A stretch of DNA of 64,000 nt, from positions 32,550,001 through 32,614,000 of the forward strand of contig OZ024758.1 of the NCBI GenBank assembly GCA_964016885.1, written 5' to 3'. This document shows, one piece after another, positions 63,663 through 64,000 of the stretch (position 1 is the first letter of the stretch; each line of letters begins with the position of its first letter). The DNA is from Eledone cirrhosa (Eukaryota). The notes below the pieces were generated by a model that was given only the letters and a program-made list of their open reading frames with translations, had not been told where the DNA came from and ran no database searches. The translations under genes and the position numbers were made by a program.

Positions 63663-64000
63663 TAGAGCATCGGACAACATACTTTTCAGAATATAGATTT
63701 GTCCCTTTATGTTCTGAGTTGAAATCATGCCAAGCTTAGCCTTTCATTCTTATGAGGGTCAATAAAATGAAGTACCAGTAATGCACTGGCGTCGATTTAA
63801 TCGACTTCTCCTCCCCCCAAATTCTTGGTCTTCTACCTAAATCAGAAACCATTATTTATCTAAGTTAAATATAACAATTTACTAGAGAAATCAAGATTTA
63901 TTACTTCTAATGATTAATAATTTTAAAAGGTTTATCAGATTTGCAGTGCTTCATCTTTTTGTTACCATATTTCTAACAAAAGGCAGCAAATTAGCAGAGT

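Overview
This is AT-rich eukaryotic (metazoan) DNA made almost entirely of repeats. The SINE families, the dense (TA)n/(CA)n microsatellites and the RTE/CR1/R4/Penelope mix suggest a coleoid cephalopod (octopus-like); that assignment is inferred, not verified. There is no intact protein-coding gene, only a candidate start exon near 61.9 kb on the minus strand. The window holds four tandem arrays (26-bp at 0.5-2.3 kb, 71-bp at 34.4 kb, a telomere-like 18-bp array of about 10.7 kb, and a palindromic 30-bp array of about 3.3 kb). It also holds decayed LINEs (R4/Dong-type RLE, CR1-type, several RTE), Penelope-like GIY-YIG fragments, Helitrons including a Pif1-helicase remnant, tRNA-derived SINEs and MITEs. 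The most notable signal is invisible in the ORF track: roughly a dozen type I/minimal hammerhead ribozyme motifs (CUGANGA...GAAA...UH) from at least 8 unrelated short element families. They sit between (TA)n tracts, often in fold-back (inverted) configurations typical of Penelope-like pLTR insertions, and one ~410-bp near-perfect palindrome carries a ribozyme on each strand. All folds were done by eye, coordinates are approximate at element edges, and no database search was possible.
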